Part shown: piece after piece, positions 16,999 to 26,752 of the stretch
How positions within the stretch are numbered: the stretch's first letter is position 1
How the letters are laid out: every line of letters begins with the position of its first letter
Origin: an uncultured Candidatus Saccharibacteria bacterium
Lineage (GTDB): Bacteria > Patescibacteriota > Minisyncoccia > UBA6257 > 1-14-0-10-44-23
DNA: 64,000 bases
Assembly (NCBI GenBank): GCA_964549935.1
Contig: CAZJVT010000003.1
Location: forward strand, 78,634-142,633
Direction: 5' to 3'
Translations under genes and position numbers: made by a program
The notes under the pieces: model-generated
The model's input: only the letters and a program-made list of their open reading frames with translations
What the model was told of the DNA's origin: nothing
Databases searched by the model: none

Positions 16999-17523
16999 TC
17001 AGGCACCCATCGCCATCGCCGGCGTACGCTCAGGCGATTTCACCATCGCCTCTATCTCCGCTCCATGCTTCTCGATCAGCCAGGCCGCGATCGAGGAGCA
17101 GACCTTCCATTTCCAGCCCTGGATCTCCTCGGACCTGGCCTTGGCGCCGATCGCGAGGCAGACCTTGAGGGCGTCGAGCGGCCCCGAGACATGTCCGGCT
17201 TTCGGCGACTCAGGCAGCCTGATGTTGAAGAGCGCGGCGGGGTCGGCTTCGACAGCCAGGTAGAGATCGTGGTCAAACCGGGCATCGACGGAAGCGCCAT
17301 GCTCGGAGACGAAGACCGCAAGCGTGTTGATGGCGTCCTTCCGTTGCTCGGCATCGAAGGCAAGATGCCCTTTCGCCAAGACCTCCGCCTGGATGTGGGC
17401 GATGCTCGCCGCATGAAGCACGACGGCCAGGGCGCCATCGACGGCGGTGCCGCCGCTTCGCTCCGACAGCAGAAGCAGGTCGTCGCGAGTCAGCTCGTCT
17501 TCGTAGGTTTTGGTCATCGCCAA
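16999..17523 (-). CDS. Hypothetical protein (paralog of 17528-18049)
   Basis: AINTLAVFVSEHGASVDARF; AWLIEKHGAEIE. Confidence 0.7.
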   Translation of the reverse strand: MAMTKTYEDELTRDDLLLLSERSGGTAVDGALAVVLHAASIAHIQAEVLAKGHLAFDAEQRKDAINTLAVFVSEHGASVDARFDHDLYLAVEADPAALFNIRLPESPKAGHVSGPLDALKVCLAIGAKARSEEIQGWKWKVCSSIAAWLIEKHGAEIEAMVKSPERTPAMAMGA

Positions 17524-17527
17524 TCTC

Positions 17528-18049
17528 CTAGCCGCCCATGGCCGGACCGATGTCGATTGTCTTCACCTCGCTCTCGATCGTCGCGCCGTGCTCCTTGAGC
17601 AGCCAGGCAGCTACAGCCGGAGCGACCACATCGCGAATGCTCCGCTTGTCGTCGTCACCTGAGGTGGCCACCTCGCCGGCTGCAAGCTCCAGACAGATCG
17701 CGAGAGCCTTCATCGGCGTCATCGTCCCACCATCTTCCGGGGTCGGCGCCGGCGAGTGCTCTATGTCCATGATCGAGGACGGATCGGAGCGGACGATCTC
17801 TACGAGGGCCGGCCCGAAGCGCTTGTCGAGCGCCTCGCCATGGTTGGTGACGAAATCGACGAGCGTTCTGATCGCCTCCTCCTGCCACTTCAGCTGGTCG
17901 ACCAGGCTGTCGTCGCCATGGTTGTCTTCCGGATCCATCTGGTTGCCCTGCGCGGCTTCGGCCACCGCCTCGAGAGCATCGGAGATCATCGTTCCGCTGT
18001 CGCTCGGCGGAAATCCGGCGGGGCGCCGCGGGGCCTCTTCGAGACTCAT
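17528..18049 (-). CDS. Hypothetical protein
   Basis: AIRTLVDFVTNHGEALDKRF; AWLLKEHGATIE; coupled to the Fic stop. Confidence 0.7.
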   Translation of the reverse strand: MSLEEAPRRPAGFPPSDSGTMISDALEAVAEAAQGNQMDPEDNHGDDSLVDQLKWQEEAIRTLVDFVTNHGEALDKRFGPALVEIVRSDPSSIMDIEHSPAPTPEDGGTMTPMKALAICLELAAGEVATSGDDDKRSIRDVVAPAVAAWLLKEHGATIESEVKTIDIGPAMGG

Positions 18050-19746
18050 GGTTCCAATCCCTTCTGTTTCCTGGAAGATGGATCTGCCGGCTCCGGCGTC
18101 TTGCCGCTGACCGGAATTCGGTGGTCCATCGCAACGGCGACTGCGCGCTCGGCCGCTGCGACCTGGGTGTCGTCGAGATCGGCGAACAGGCTCTTGCGCT
18201 TCTTCTTCGAGAGCGCTCCGCCGTTCTCGTGGATCAGCTTTGCGAGAAGCTCGGCATTATCCTTTGGCATGCCCGTCGCGCCGCGTACGCCGGCGACGGC
18301 GTCGTCGAATCCCTCGATGAAGGCGATCTCGTGGGGCAGGTCGCGCTCGACCGTCTGCTCGACGCACCGGTAGAGGAATTCGGTCTGCCGGGTGAGATCC
18401 ATGTAGCGGTAGTGACGGCCGCGGGCCTCGCCGCTTCCGGCGCCCTTGACCTTGAGGGCCCCGTCGTCGTCGAGCGACCATGACAGGCGATCCAGAAGCG
18501 GCCGCGAGAAGCCCTCGAGGGCGCGGTCGTAGCCATCCATGTCGCGAAGCATCGCCGCCGATACCGGGAGGATGCCGCCCTGGGGCGTATAGCCGGTCGA
18601 GGCCAGGGTCGAATGCACCAGGAAGCGGCTGGTCCGGCCGTTGCCGTCCTCGAAGGGGTGGATGTAGACGAGCCCGAACTTGAGCAGGGCGGCGACGACG
18701 ACCGGATCCGTGCCGGCGCCCGCCAGGCGATTGGCCTGCGCCACCAGGCCGCGCATCATGCCGCCGACCTGCGCCGGATCCGGGCTGATGTAGTCCACCA
18801 CCCCGCGGTTGCCGCCGCCGCTCCGCTTGAAGACGTAGTTCGACGTGTTGCGGTAGCCTGTCCTGCGATCGGTGCCGGCGAGAACCTCGGCGACGACGTT
18901 CTGGATCTCGTGCTCGGATAGCTGGGGCGCGCCGCCTCGTCGGCCCTGGGACCCGGCGGATCGCGCCAGCATCTGGACGAAGCGCCGCTCCTTTTCCGGA
19001 CTGGGCTTCTCCTGCTCGATCGCGAAGCTGTCCCTGGTCTCCTTGGCGAAGAGCCAGCCGGCGGCGCGGCGCGCGGTCTCTGGATCGGCTTCAGCGACGA
19101 TGCGGCGGGCACGGCCGGACAGGTCCAGGGCGCGCATCGACTCGATCTCGCCGGTGATCCACACCATCGGGCACCATTCGGGCGTGCCAGGCATGTTGTC
19201 GACGACATGGTGGCGGCGCGATCTCGTGCCCATCGCCGGCGCCACCTGCATCTTCACGTCGATCGCCGGGACGTAGAAGCCCTCGATCGCGCTGTCGGGC
19301 AGCTCGAGCTGGCGGCCGGTGAGCCATTCGGCGAGGAACCAGGCGCGCCTGGCATGCCGGCCGGTCGGTTCCGACCGCACCCAGTCGGCGACATGACGGC
19401 CGGCGAGATCGGAGGCTGGGGATGCCTGGAAGAGGTCGGCGAGGACAGCGAGGTTCACGCCTTCGTTGCGAAGGGCGAAGTCAAGGTGCCAGGCGAGGAA
19501 CCGCGGGTCCTCGCCGCCGCCGAGAGCGTCCGGCTTCGGTGCCTGGTGCGGACGATGGCGGATCCAGGTCCTGCCGCTGATCGGGTCCTCGATCTCGGCC
19601 TTCTTCCAGCTGTCGCCGGTCGAAGCGCAGCGCAGCGGCCGATCGACGATCGGGTCGAGGCCGTAGGCCGCGATCAGGGCCGCATAGCCGAGGGGGACGG
19701 TGCCGGTCGGGGATTCCATGACCATCGCAGGATCGTTATGGAGCAC
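18046..19746 (-). CDS. Fic-domain protein (AMPylase-type motif)
   Basis: Canonical HPFEDGNGRTSR; true start may be ATG 19725 or 19719. Confidence 0.92.
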   Translation of the reverse strand: MLHNDPAMVMESPTGTVPLGYAALIAAYGLDPIVDRPLRCASTGDSWKKAEIEDPISGRTWIRHRPHQAPKPDALGGGEDPRFLAWHLDFALRNEGVNLAVLADLFQASPASDLAGRHVADWVRSEPTGRHARRAWFLAEWLTGRQLELPDSAIEGFYVPAIDVKMQVAPAMGTRSRRHHVVDNMPGTPEWCPMVWITGEIESMRALDLSGRARRIVAEADPETARRAAGWLFAKETRDSFAIEQEKPSPEKERRFVQMLARSAGSQGRRGGAPQLSEHEIQNVVAEVLAGTDRRTGYRNTSNYVFKRSGGGNRGVVDYISPDPAQVGGMMRGLVAQANRLAGAGTDPVVVAALLKFGLVYIHPFEDGNGRTSRFLVHSTLASTGYTPQGGILPVSAAMLRDMDGYDRALEGFSRPLLDRLSWSLDDDGALKVKGAGSGEARGRHYRYMDLTRQTEFLYRCVEQTVERDLPHEIAFIEGFDDAVAGVRGATGMPKDNAELLAKLIHENGGALSKKKRKSLFADLDDTQVAAAERAVAVAMDHRIPVSGKTPEPADPSSRKQKGLEP

Positions 19747-19784
19747 GCAAAATCGTTATGGAACACGCAAATTCATTATGAAGA
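19732..19784 (+). repeat. 20-bp tandem repeats over the Fic promoter/start region
   Basis: ATCGTTATGGAGCACGCAAA, ATCGTTATGGAACACGCAAA and a partial TTCATTATGAAGA. Confidence 0.85.
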
Positions 19785-19922
19785 CGAGAGGAGAAAGCGT
19801 CAATGGATAGATGGATTAATCGCGTAGCTATAGAAGATGCTCTCCTGAAACCGCAATTTTTTGACGCCAATTTCGCATCCGCTCGCCTTCTTGGTTTCTG
19901 TGTGCTCTGCTAAACTAGGTGG

Positions 19923-22900
19923 ATGCACGATAAATCAACCGTCAGGCCCTCCCTCCCCGCCGTCCAGATGGCTACAGGCAGCGGTTCTGGGCCGGATGTC
20001 GAGGCCATGCCGCTCCCGGAGCTCCAGCCGGGCCAGTATTGGCGTGCCAACAGGGAGATGCCGGAGGGCGACCGCGGCCGGGAGTGGTCGGGGGCCTGGG
20101 AGGTCGGCTTTTCCTACCTGGTCAAGGACCTGAAGGTCGTCGACGGGCGCCTCCATACCGTCGTCCTGCATCCCCATCCGCTGAGCGACTACCAGCACGA
20201 CACCGAGATGCTGGCCCGGCATTTCTTCGCCGCGTTCGAGCGCGATCTCGATCCGGACGTGTCCCGTGCCGCCGACATGAAGGCGCTGCAGGAACGCATC
20301 GGGCAGATCAACCAAGAGATCGCCGACGGCCCGAGGCTGGAGGATGTCTCGACCGCCGCCCAAAGGCGCCTGATCGAAGCCGGCACGGCAACCCCTCGGC
20401 CGGAGGCGGCCGGCGCAGGCGCTCTTTCCATCAGCGAGACCGATATCCAGAAGGCGCAGAAGCGTTCGGGCGCCCTGCTGGAGGTCAGCAAGAAGAAGGC
20501 CGCCTGGCTCCAGCAGCGGGTCGAAGCCGTCGGCGAGACCGCCAGCCGGATCGCTCTCTTCGGCCGCGAGAAGGCGGAGACCGCCCTTGCCCAGGTCAAG
20601 GACGTGCTGCGATACGCGCAGCACCTCGAGGAAGGCATCGAGACGCTCGGCCTCTACACCGGCAAGGACGTGCAGGTGCAAATGCTGTGCGACGGGCCGC
20701 TCGCCTCCGACGATGCGCCGCTTTCGATCTTCCAGCGCCGTCTCTACATGGACGAGGAATTCCTTGTCCATCTGGCGGAGGGTGGCGCCACCTGGCGTGA
20801 CGTCGAAAGCTTCGGCAAGGCGCTCGGTGAAGACGAGACGCTGCTGGACCGCATCATCCCGTCGGAACGCGGCGTCGTCTGCATGCGCTATCGGCGCCAC
20901 GAGAAGCAGATCGATCTCGGGGAATTCAAGACGGTGGCCGAGGCTTTCAGCGCGGGCCTCAAGGCGCAGGAAGAAGAGGCCCGCAACAGGACGACTTTCC
21001 TCCTGATCCGAGACGGCCGTCGCGTTTGGCAGGTCTGGTCCGAGATCTCGACCGACAACAGCCCGCGCCTGTTCCCGACGATGAAGGAAGTCGACAAGCC
21101 GTTCGTCGGATGGGGCTGGCACGGAGAGGAGAAGCAGCGGATCGACCTCGAGGACATCCGGTTCTCCGACAAGCTCGAGGAAAGTCGGCGGATCCAGCTG
21201 CACTATCGCCGTCTGCTGATCCTGCTCTGGGGACTCGACGATCGCGAGAACCTGGTCGGCCTCCGCCGCTCGGGTGATACGCGCAAATTCACCGACCTCT
21301 CCTTCCAGAAGGACCGCTTCGTCTTCATTTCCGACGATGACGAGGAGCGGCTTCTCAGCACCGGCCGCCCGTCTTTCAGAAAGTTCGCCGCCGAGCACAA
21401 CGCCATGCTTCGTTCCGGCTCCCGTGTGCTTTGCCTCTGGGGAAACCTACTCACGAGCGATACCGCGCCCGGCTGCGTGAAGTCGATCGATCGACGGTCG
21501 AGCCACGGTCCGCGCGACGAGGTCAGGCTGTGGCCCGACAACGACACCGACATCCTGATTGCCAGGAAGGATGGCGACGAGATCGTCGTCGACGTCGAGG
21601 CGTCGGGCGAGAAGCGCAGCTGGATGTACGACCGATACGAGACCTCGGGCCAGACGCGTCGCATCAAGGCGCGCGTGAGCCTGACCGCCTACAGGGAAGC
21701 AAGCATCGGCTTCCTTGTGCTCGACGCGATCAAGGCCGAGGATTTGAAGTTCTACTGCGAGTCGCGACTCGAGCGGCAGAGCTATCTCCACTACCTCTCC
21801 ACGTTCATTGCCGCCCGCAAGCATGTCGAAACCGTGCGCGAGGCCGAAGTCGAGTCCCGCGATGTGCTCGCCAATGGCCTGAAGGCGGCGGGCTTGTTCG
21901 ATGACGAGCGTTGTGCCGGCGTCCTCGACGAAGCGATCCTCGCTTGGCGCGCACGGAACCGCGGCAAGGCGTTGCCCGGTCCGCTCGATCCAGAATGGAA
22001 GGCTGCCGCGACCGCCATCTACGGCTTCTGCTGGATCGCGCTCGGCAAGGATATCGACCTGGAGCCGATCGCGACCGACCTCGCGGCGAAGGGCGGCCGC
22101 AAGCCGCTGCGCCTGGTGCTGACAGGCAACAACCAGGTGATCCTCTATGCGTCCTCGACGGCGAACGAGATGCAGGACGCGCTCGGGAACTGGCCATGGG
22201 TCACCCGGATCGCTTGCCGGCGACTGCGGAAGGCACCATGGCTGGCGGTCGAAGGAGAAAGCTTCGCCATCCTCCCGGCGCGCGCCGCGGACGAGCGCGT
22301 GCTGACCGAATGGCCGGAGGCGACGAAATGGATCGACCTCGTCGATCACGACAAGATCGGCCCCGATGGCAGGCGCGAGCTCGTTGCCTGGCTTAGAGAC
22401 GCCGCCGCGGCTGCTCCTCAGCTGATCGCGCCCTCCCGCCATCTGGTCGAGACCATGCTGAAGGAGGCGACCGAGCTCAGCCGCCTGAACTCGAAAGGAA
22501 TGGTGAGGCGGCCCGACGTCGTGATCCCGTTCGCGATCGTCAGGAAGAAGGAAGTGGAATTCCGCCAGCCGGACGCATGTCGTGTCCTCGCAATGCGCAT
22601 CGATGCCTTCTGGTGGTGCTGGCGCCATGGGCTTGCCGCGGAGACCGAAGAGGCTCTGAGGGGGCGTTACAGCAGGCCGGGGACGCATGTCCGGCAGCTT
22701 CGCGGCGAAAACGATCCGGAAGGCGAGGATCGCGCCTGGTCGGGAGACTTCGAGGCGTCGCTGGTCTCGTTGTCGTCCAAGGATGTGGTCAGGGCTCTCG
22801 ACGATGGGCAGAGCCTCCCGAACCTCATCGATGCCCATGTCTACGACAGCGTTCCGATCAACGAAGGCCACTTCGAAGCCCTGCAGGACATCCTCCGCGA

Positions 22901-23165
22901 TGGCCGTAGCAACTGGATGTTCGGGGAGAGGTTCGCCTACCGCAAGAATCGATCGAAGCCTGCTGCCTGGGACTTCGTTTTGAAGATCAAGGACGCCTGG
23001 GCGCTCGCCGTTCCGTTCAGCGACAGCTCCCGACGTCCCGGGAAGCCGGCCCCGAAGCCGGAAGCGGATGACGAGGCGGAGCAGGAGGACGCCAGACCGG
23101 CCGAGCAGGACGATGAGGATGATCAGGATGACGGGCCCGCAGCGCAGGAGGATCTGAATCCATGA
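19923..23165 (+). CDS. Large hypothetical protein (1080 aa) with an N-terminal coiled coil and acidic tail
   Basis: Long GC3-biased ORF; LYTGKDV..PLSIFQRRLYMDEE..IIPSERGVV..RYRR block; start uncertain. Confidence 0.85.
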   Translation: MHDKSTVRPSLPAVQMATGSGSGPDVEAMPLPELQPGQYWRANREMPEGDRGREWSGAWEVGFSYLVKDLKVVDGRLHTVVLHPHPLSDYQHDTEMLARHFFAAFERDLDPDVSRAADMKALQERIGQINQEIADGPRLEDVSTAAQRRLIEAGTATPRPEAAGAGALSISETDIQKAQKRSGALLEVSKKKAAWLQQRVEAVGETASRIALFGREKAETALAQVKDVLRYAQHLEEGIETLGLYTGKDVQVQMLCDGPLASDDAPLSIFQRRLYMDEEFLVHLAEGGATWRDVESFGKALGEDETLLDRIIPSERGVVCMRYRRHEKQIDLGEFKTVAEAFSAGLKAQEEEARNRTTFLLIRDGRRVWQVWSEISTDNSPRLFPTMKEVDKPFVGWGWHGEEKQRIDLEDIRFSDKLEESRRIQLHYRRLLILLWGLDDRENLVGLRRSGDTRKFTDLSFQKDRFVFISDDDEERLLSTGRPSFRKFAAEHNAMLRSGSRVLCLWGNLLTSDTAPGCVKSIDRRSSHGPRDEVRLWPDNDTDILIARKDGDEIVVDVEASGEKRSWMYDRYETSGQTRRIKARVSLTAYREASIGFLVLDAIKAEDLKFYCESRLERQSYLHYLSTFIAARKHVETVREAEVESRDVLANGLKAAGLFDDERCAGVLDEAILAWRARNRGKALPGPLDPEWKAAATAIYGFCWIALGKDIDLEPIATDLAAKGGRKPLRLVLTGNNQVILYASSTANEMQDALGNWPWVTRIACRRLRKAPWLAVEGESFAILPARAADERVLTEWPEATKWIDLVDHDKIGPDGRRELVAWLRDAAAAAPQLIAPSRHLVETMLKEATELSRLNSKGMVRRPDVVIPFAIVRKKEVEFRQPDACRVLAMRIDAFWWCWRHGLAAETEEALRGRYSRPGTHVRQLRGENDPEGEDRAWSGDFEASLVSLSSKDVVRALDDGQSLPNLIDAHVYDSVPINEGHFEALQDILRDGRSNWMFGERFAYRKNRSKPAAWDFVLKIKDAWALAVPFSDSSRRPGKPAPKPEADDEAEQEDARPAEQDDEDDQDDGPAAQEDLNP

Positions 23166-23545
23166 GCCGCAAGCAGTATCCTTTGATCCTCTCGGCACCC
23201 GACGCGCTGCGCGAAGCGGCCGCGGCGATCGTCGACCCGGACGCCCGCTTCCTCACCTGGCTCGACGGCAATCGCGCGACCGCGAATTGGCAGGCGACGC
23301 ATGCTAGGCAGAAGTCCGACCCGATCATCGAGCTGATGCTGCCTTCCCTTCTGGCCGGCATCGAGCTCGCCAAGGAAGGCGTGGCGTCTTCGGATCCCGG
23401 GATCCGCGGCAAGTCCGCGGCCTTCCTCGAAGCCGCGAGCGCCATCGGGTTCGATTTCCGAAATACGTTAGCAAATTTGTTAACAGATTCCGGAATTTCG
23501 ACCATTTCGACTTCTTCTCCCAGCCAATCGGAGCCTTCTCCATGA
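23162..23545 (+). CDS. Hypothetical protein
   Basis: ATGA overlaps at both ends. Confidence 0.65.
   Translation: MSRKQYPLILSAPDALREAAAAIVDPDARFLTWLDGNRATANWQATHARQKSDPIIELMLPSLLAGIELAKEGVASSDPGIRGKSAAFLEAASAIGFDFRNTLANLLTDSGISTISTSSPSQSEPSP
23454..23497. repeat. 44-bp imperfect palindrome inside a CDS
   Basis: ATTTCCGAAATACGTTAGCAAA|TTTGTTAACAGATTCCGGAATT; 17 of 22 pairs match. Confidence 0.75.
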
Positions 23546-24759
23546 GCCTCTCCATGATCGACCCGATGCGCTTTCGGACGGCGATGGAGGAGATCCGTCG
23601 CCGCACCCACAACCAGGGCGAGGAGGCGGTGAAGGCCGCGGTCCAGGAATGGATCGAGGGTGCCTTCTCCGAGTTCGAAGGGACGGTCCGCCGCTTCCGG
23701 CGCGGTCCGGAAATCTTCGATGCCCGACTGCCCTTCGCCGAGGAGGGTGGGCTCGCGGCCTTCAGCACCGTCTCGCTCGGCAACTGGATGGAGGTCGCCG
23801 CCGTCGCCGGGGTCCCTGCGATCCAGGCCGACTTCCTGGGATGCCTGCCGCTCACGCCTCTTCTCGGCATGGCGGATCCCGGCGATCTCGAGGCCGCATC
23901 TCGGAACGAGACCTTCAAGAAGGTGGCCGCCGACATCGAGGCGATCGTGAGTAAGGTCCCTGACGGCCATATTCTACGCATGGACGCGGCTGGCGGCGCC
24001 GAGCTCAAGATGGCGATGGCCGAGGGCTCCATGGATCCGCTCGCGGCGCGGCCGCGGGCGCGCGGTTTCATCGAGCACGAAGGCAAGCGCTTCATGGATC
24101 TCGACGATCCGCGCTTCTTCGAGATCCTGATGTCGTATCCCGAGGACGCCGTGCCGATGTGGTCGCGGCCATGGATGCAGGCGAAAAGGCGCGCCGGCAC
24201 CAACCAGTGGGGCGAGCCCGGTAGCTTCCCACGCGAATGGCGCGTCTTCATCGCCGAGTCCCGGATCGTCGGCATCAGCAATTACTACCCGCAATCGCCG
24301 ATGACGATCCGCGAGCTCGATGTCGAGGTGATCAACGCGGTCACGTCGCGTGCGATCTCGATGATCGGCGCGATGAAGGCCGGGCGCGTGCGGCCGTTCC
24401 ATCCGACCTATACCAAGGAAGTGGCGCCGAACGACATCTGCTGCAGCCTCGACTTCATGGAGGCCGAGGACGGGCGGCTCCTTTTCCTCGAGGGTGGTCC
24501 GGGCCATCTCAGCTTCTGGGGAGCGTCGGGCTGCTGCTTCGGCGAGAAGTCGCCGATCCGCGGCGTCGCGCTCGCGGCCGGCAAGCCTCCGACGATGCAG
24601 GCGGCGTTTCCGATCGAGCTCGAGCATTTCCCTGAGATCGCCGTCATGATGAAGGCGCGCGTCGCTAAGCGCGCCGAGGACATCGCTCAGATGATGGATC
24701 TCGCCGAGCAGGTGCGGGGCGCAGCTAAGGAAGAGAAGAGCGAGATGGCGATCGCGTGA
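23542..24759 (+). CDS. ATP-grasp protein, R2K/Cdc123-like clade
   Basis: REWRVFIAESRIVGISNYY, CSLDF, LLFLEGGP, GASGCCF. Confidence 0.65.
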   Translation: MSLSMIDPMRFRTAMEEIRRRTHNQGEEAVKAAVQEWIEGAFSEFEGTVRRFRRGPEIFDARLPFAEEGGLAAFSTVSLGNWMEVAAVAGVPAIQADFLGCLPLTPLLGMADPGDLEAASRNETFKKVAADIEAIVSKVPDGHILRMDAAGGAELKMAMAEGSMDPLAARPRARGFIEHEGKRFMDLDDPRFFEILMSYPEDAVPMWSRPWMQAKRRAGTNQWGEPGSFPREWRVFIAESRIVGISNYYPQSPMTIRELDVEVINAVTSRAISMIGAMKAGRVRPFHPTYTKEVAPNDICCSLDFMEAEDGRLLFLEGGPGHLSFWGASGCCFGEKSPIRGVALAAGKPPTMQAAFPIELEHFPEIAVMMKARVAKRAEDIAQMMDLAEQVRGAAKEEKSEMAIA

Positions 24760-24988
24760 GCGATCGTCGTTGACTCTAGCACTGTGTCGTCGTTGAATGC
24801 GCATGGACGAGCGCGTCCGATCGACGATCGGGCAATCGCTAAATGGCGCTCCTCGAGAAGCAAGGCTTCTTCGACGCACAAAGCAGGCGCAAGACTGCAC
24901 GCGGTCCGAATGATCCCGAAGGTCCGGACATCGTTCGATCCGCTCGCCCGAACTATGTCCTTAAATCGTAGAGCTTTTTTAAGAGGGC

Positions 24989-25150
24989 ATGGGCATGCCA
25001 TCCGTTGAAGAGATCGAAAAGCTGCTGAAGCGGTTCAAAGTGACGAGGCGTCCTGGGGATTTTCCAGCCCCCGACCTCATCATCACGCTCAAGGACAAGC
25101 TCGACTCCGATCACCTCTGGTCGCGGTTCATTGCGATCCGATCGAGCTGA
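24989..25150 (+). CDS. Small hypothetical protein (53 aa)
   Basis: RBS GAGG; MGMPSVEEIEKLLKRF..., translated by hand. Confidence 0.35.
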   Translation: MGMPSVEEIEKLLKRFKVTRRPGDFPAPDLIITLKDKLDSDHLWSRFIAIRSS

Positions 25151-25250
25151 ATCTCGCATCGTTGGAACGGGCGGCTTCGGCCGCCCGTTCCTTCCTCGCC
25201 GGCCCCTTGCTGGCCGTGCTTGTCCGGAAGCCATGCTAGTCTTTGCCGCC

Positions 25251-25448
25251 ATGGCCGACGACAAGCAGCCCCTCAGCCCCAAGGCGCTTCGCAAGTTGCG
25301 CCGCCGTCTCGAGAACGACGAGAGCGTGAGGGTCGCGCGCTTCTGGTCGAAGCCGCGATCGGCCGAGCAACTGGACGACAGGTCGCGTCCCGTCGATCGC
25401 CAGGCATCCAAGGACCTTAGCCACGCCAAGAAGAAAAGGCGCCGCTAG
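25251..25448 (+). CDS. Small basic protein
   Basis: MADDKQPLSPKALRKLRRR...KKKRRR. Confidence 0.4.
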   Translation: MADDKQPLSPKALRKLRRRLENDESVRVARFWSKPRSAEQLDDRSRPVDRQASKDLSHAKKKRRR

Positions 25449-25460
25449 CGACGTCCTCCA

Positions 25461-26420
25461 TCAAGGCTCGTGCAGCACACGGTACTCGATCTCCAGCAGC
25501 TTGGCGCCGCCGGCGGCGCCGGCCACCTTCTCGACCTTCTCCCTATGCAGACCGCCGGGCATCGGTGCCGGCAGCGAGTTCTCGACCTTCCGATACGCCG
25601 GATGCTTGAGATCCTCGATGCTCGCCCAGCTCTCGCAGAGCATCACCGGGTCGGTCTCGAGATTGCGCCAGGCTTGGTAGGTCCCCCAGCCGCTGTCGAC
25701 CAGGCTGATGACGACGCCGAGCACGGTCGCGTCCCATCTCCGCCAGATCGTATCGGAGCAGCGGGTGATCCGGTCCTTGCCGTCCGGAAGGCGGATGCGA
25801 TACCCACCCCTCGTGTCGACCTCTTCCCAGACGACCGCGTCGAAGCCCGGGTCGATCTCGACCTGCTCGTAGCTTTCGAGCCCGGACACGACCTCCTCGA
25901 TCTTCTTCAGGGCCGACACCGAGGCGGGGTCGCCGCGACCCTCGAGCAGCTGGTGGATGACGCGGGCTTCGGCCAGCGACAGGTAGGTCGCCTGCTGGAT
26001 TCCTGAACCCGGCCCCCGTTCCGCCGCCTCGCGGGCCTTCCTTTCGTCCCGCTCTGCGCAGTCCCTCCTGAACTCGGTCGCTTCCCAGCTGTGGAGCGGA
26101 AGCTTCTCGCCCGGCCTGGCCATGGACCAGGCACGCAGGTCGCCGACGATGTTGAGGACCTCCCTGCGCTTCTGCTTGTGGACCGACCTCAGGGCTTCCT
26201 CGATCGCCATGTCAGGCGCCTCGATCAGCGCGCTCCAGTATCGCCAACCGGCGGCCTCGATCGCCTTCATCGCCGCGGGCGACGGCACGATGTAGTAGAG
26301 AGTGCCGCCACGCCGGCGCTTCCGATGGCTGAGGATGACCGGCTCGATCAGCGACCAGGGCCGGAGATCCTCCACCCGCGGCATGCGCCGGGCGTCGTCT
26401 TCGGACATCTTGATCGCCAT
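25461..26420 (-). CDS. Hypothetical protein
   Basis: GC3-biased ORF, last gene of a three-gene coupled operon. Confidence 0.7.
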   Translation of the reverse strand: MAIKMSEDDARRMPRVEDLRPWSLIEPVILSHRKRRRGGTLYYIVPSPAAMKAIEAAGWRYWSALIEAPDMAIEEALRSVHKQKRREVLNIVGDLRAWSMARPGEKLPLHSWEATEFRRDCAERDERKAREAAERGPGSGIQQATYLSLAEARVIHQLLEGRGDPASVSALKKIEEVVSGLESYEQVEIDPGFDAVVWEEVDTRGGYRIRLPDGKDRITRCSDTIWRRWDATVLGVVISLVDSGWGTYQAWRNLETDPVMLCESWASIEDLKHPAYRKVENSLPAPMPGGLHREKVEKVAGAAGGAKLLEIEYRVLHEP

Positions 26421-26752
26421 CAGCCCATCTCCATCCTTGCGCGCGTCTCCCTGACACCTTCCTCGTCCGATGCCAGGAGAACGAGGCCCTTCCGAGGCTC
26501 GCCCTTCGGGTGCCAGAGGAAAAGCAGCGCTGCCTCGTCCAGGATCGTGCAGCTGTGCTCGCCATCATCGATCGAGTCGAGCGGGAGATTGGCGGAGACG
26601 AGATCCGGCGGGATCCTGCTTTCCCGAGGCATCTCGGGGTTCAGCGTGTCGAGCAGGTCTTCGGCCGCCCTGTGCGCATAGACATAGGGCCAGGCGTGCT
26701 GGCCGCGGCCGCGGAGCGTGAAGGCGAGCTCGGCCGTGATCTTCTTCGGCAT
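26420..26752 (-). CDS. Hypothetical protein
   Basis: MPKKITAELAFTL..., TGATG overlaps on both sides. Confidence 0.6.
   Translation of the reverse strand: MPKKITAELAFTLRGRGQHAWPYVYAHRAAEDLLDTLNPEMPRESRIPPDLVSANLPLDSIDDGEHSCTILDEAALLFLWHPKGEPRKGLVLLASDEEGVRETRARMEMG

Noticed and set aside
23454-23497. CtrA box or protelomerase site
   Set aside because: Half-site spacing is 8 rather than 7 bp; no protelomerase is in the window and the site lies within a CDS. Kept only as an unassigned palindrome.
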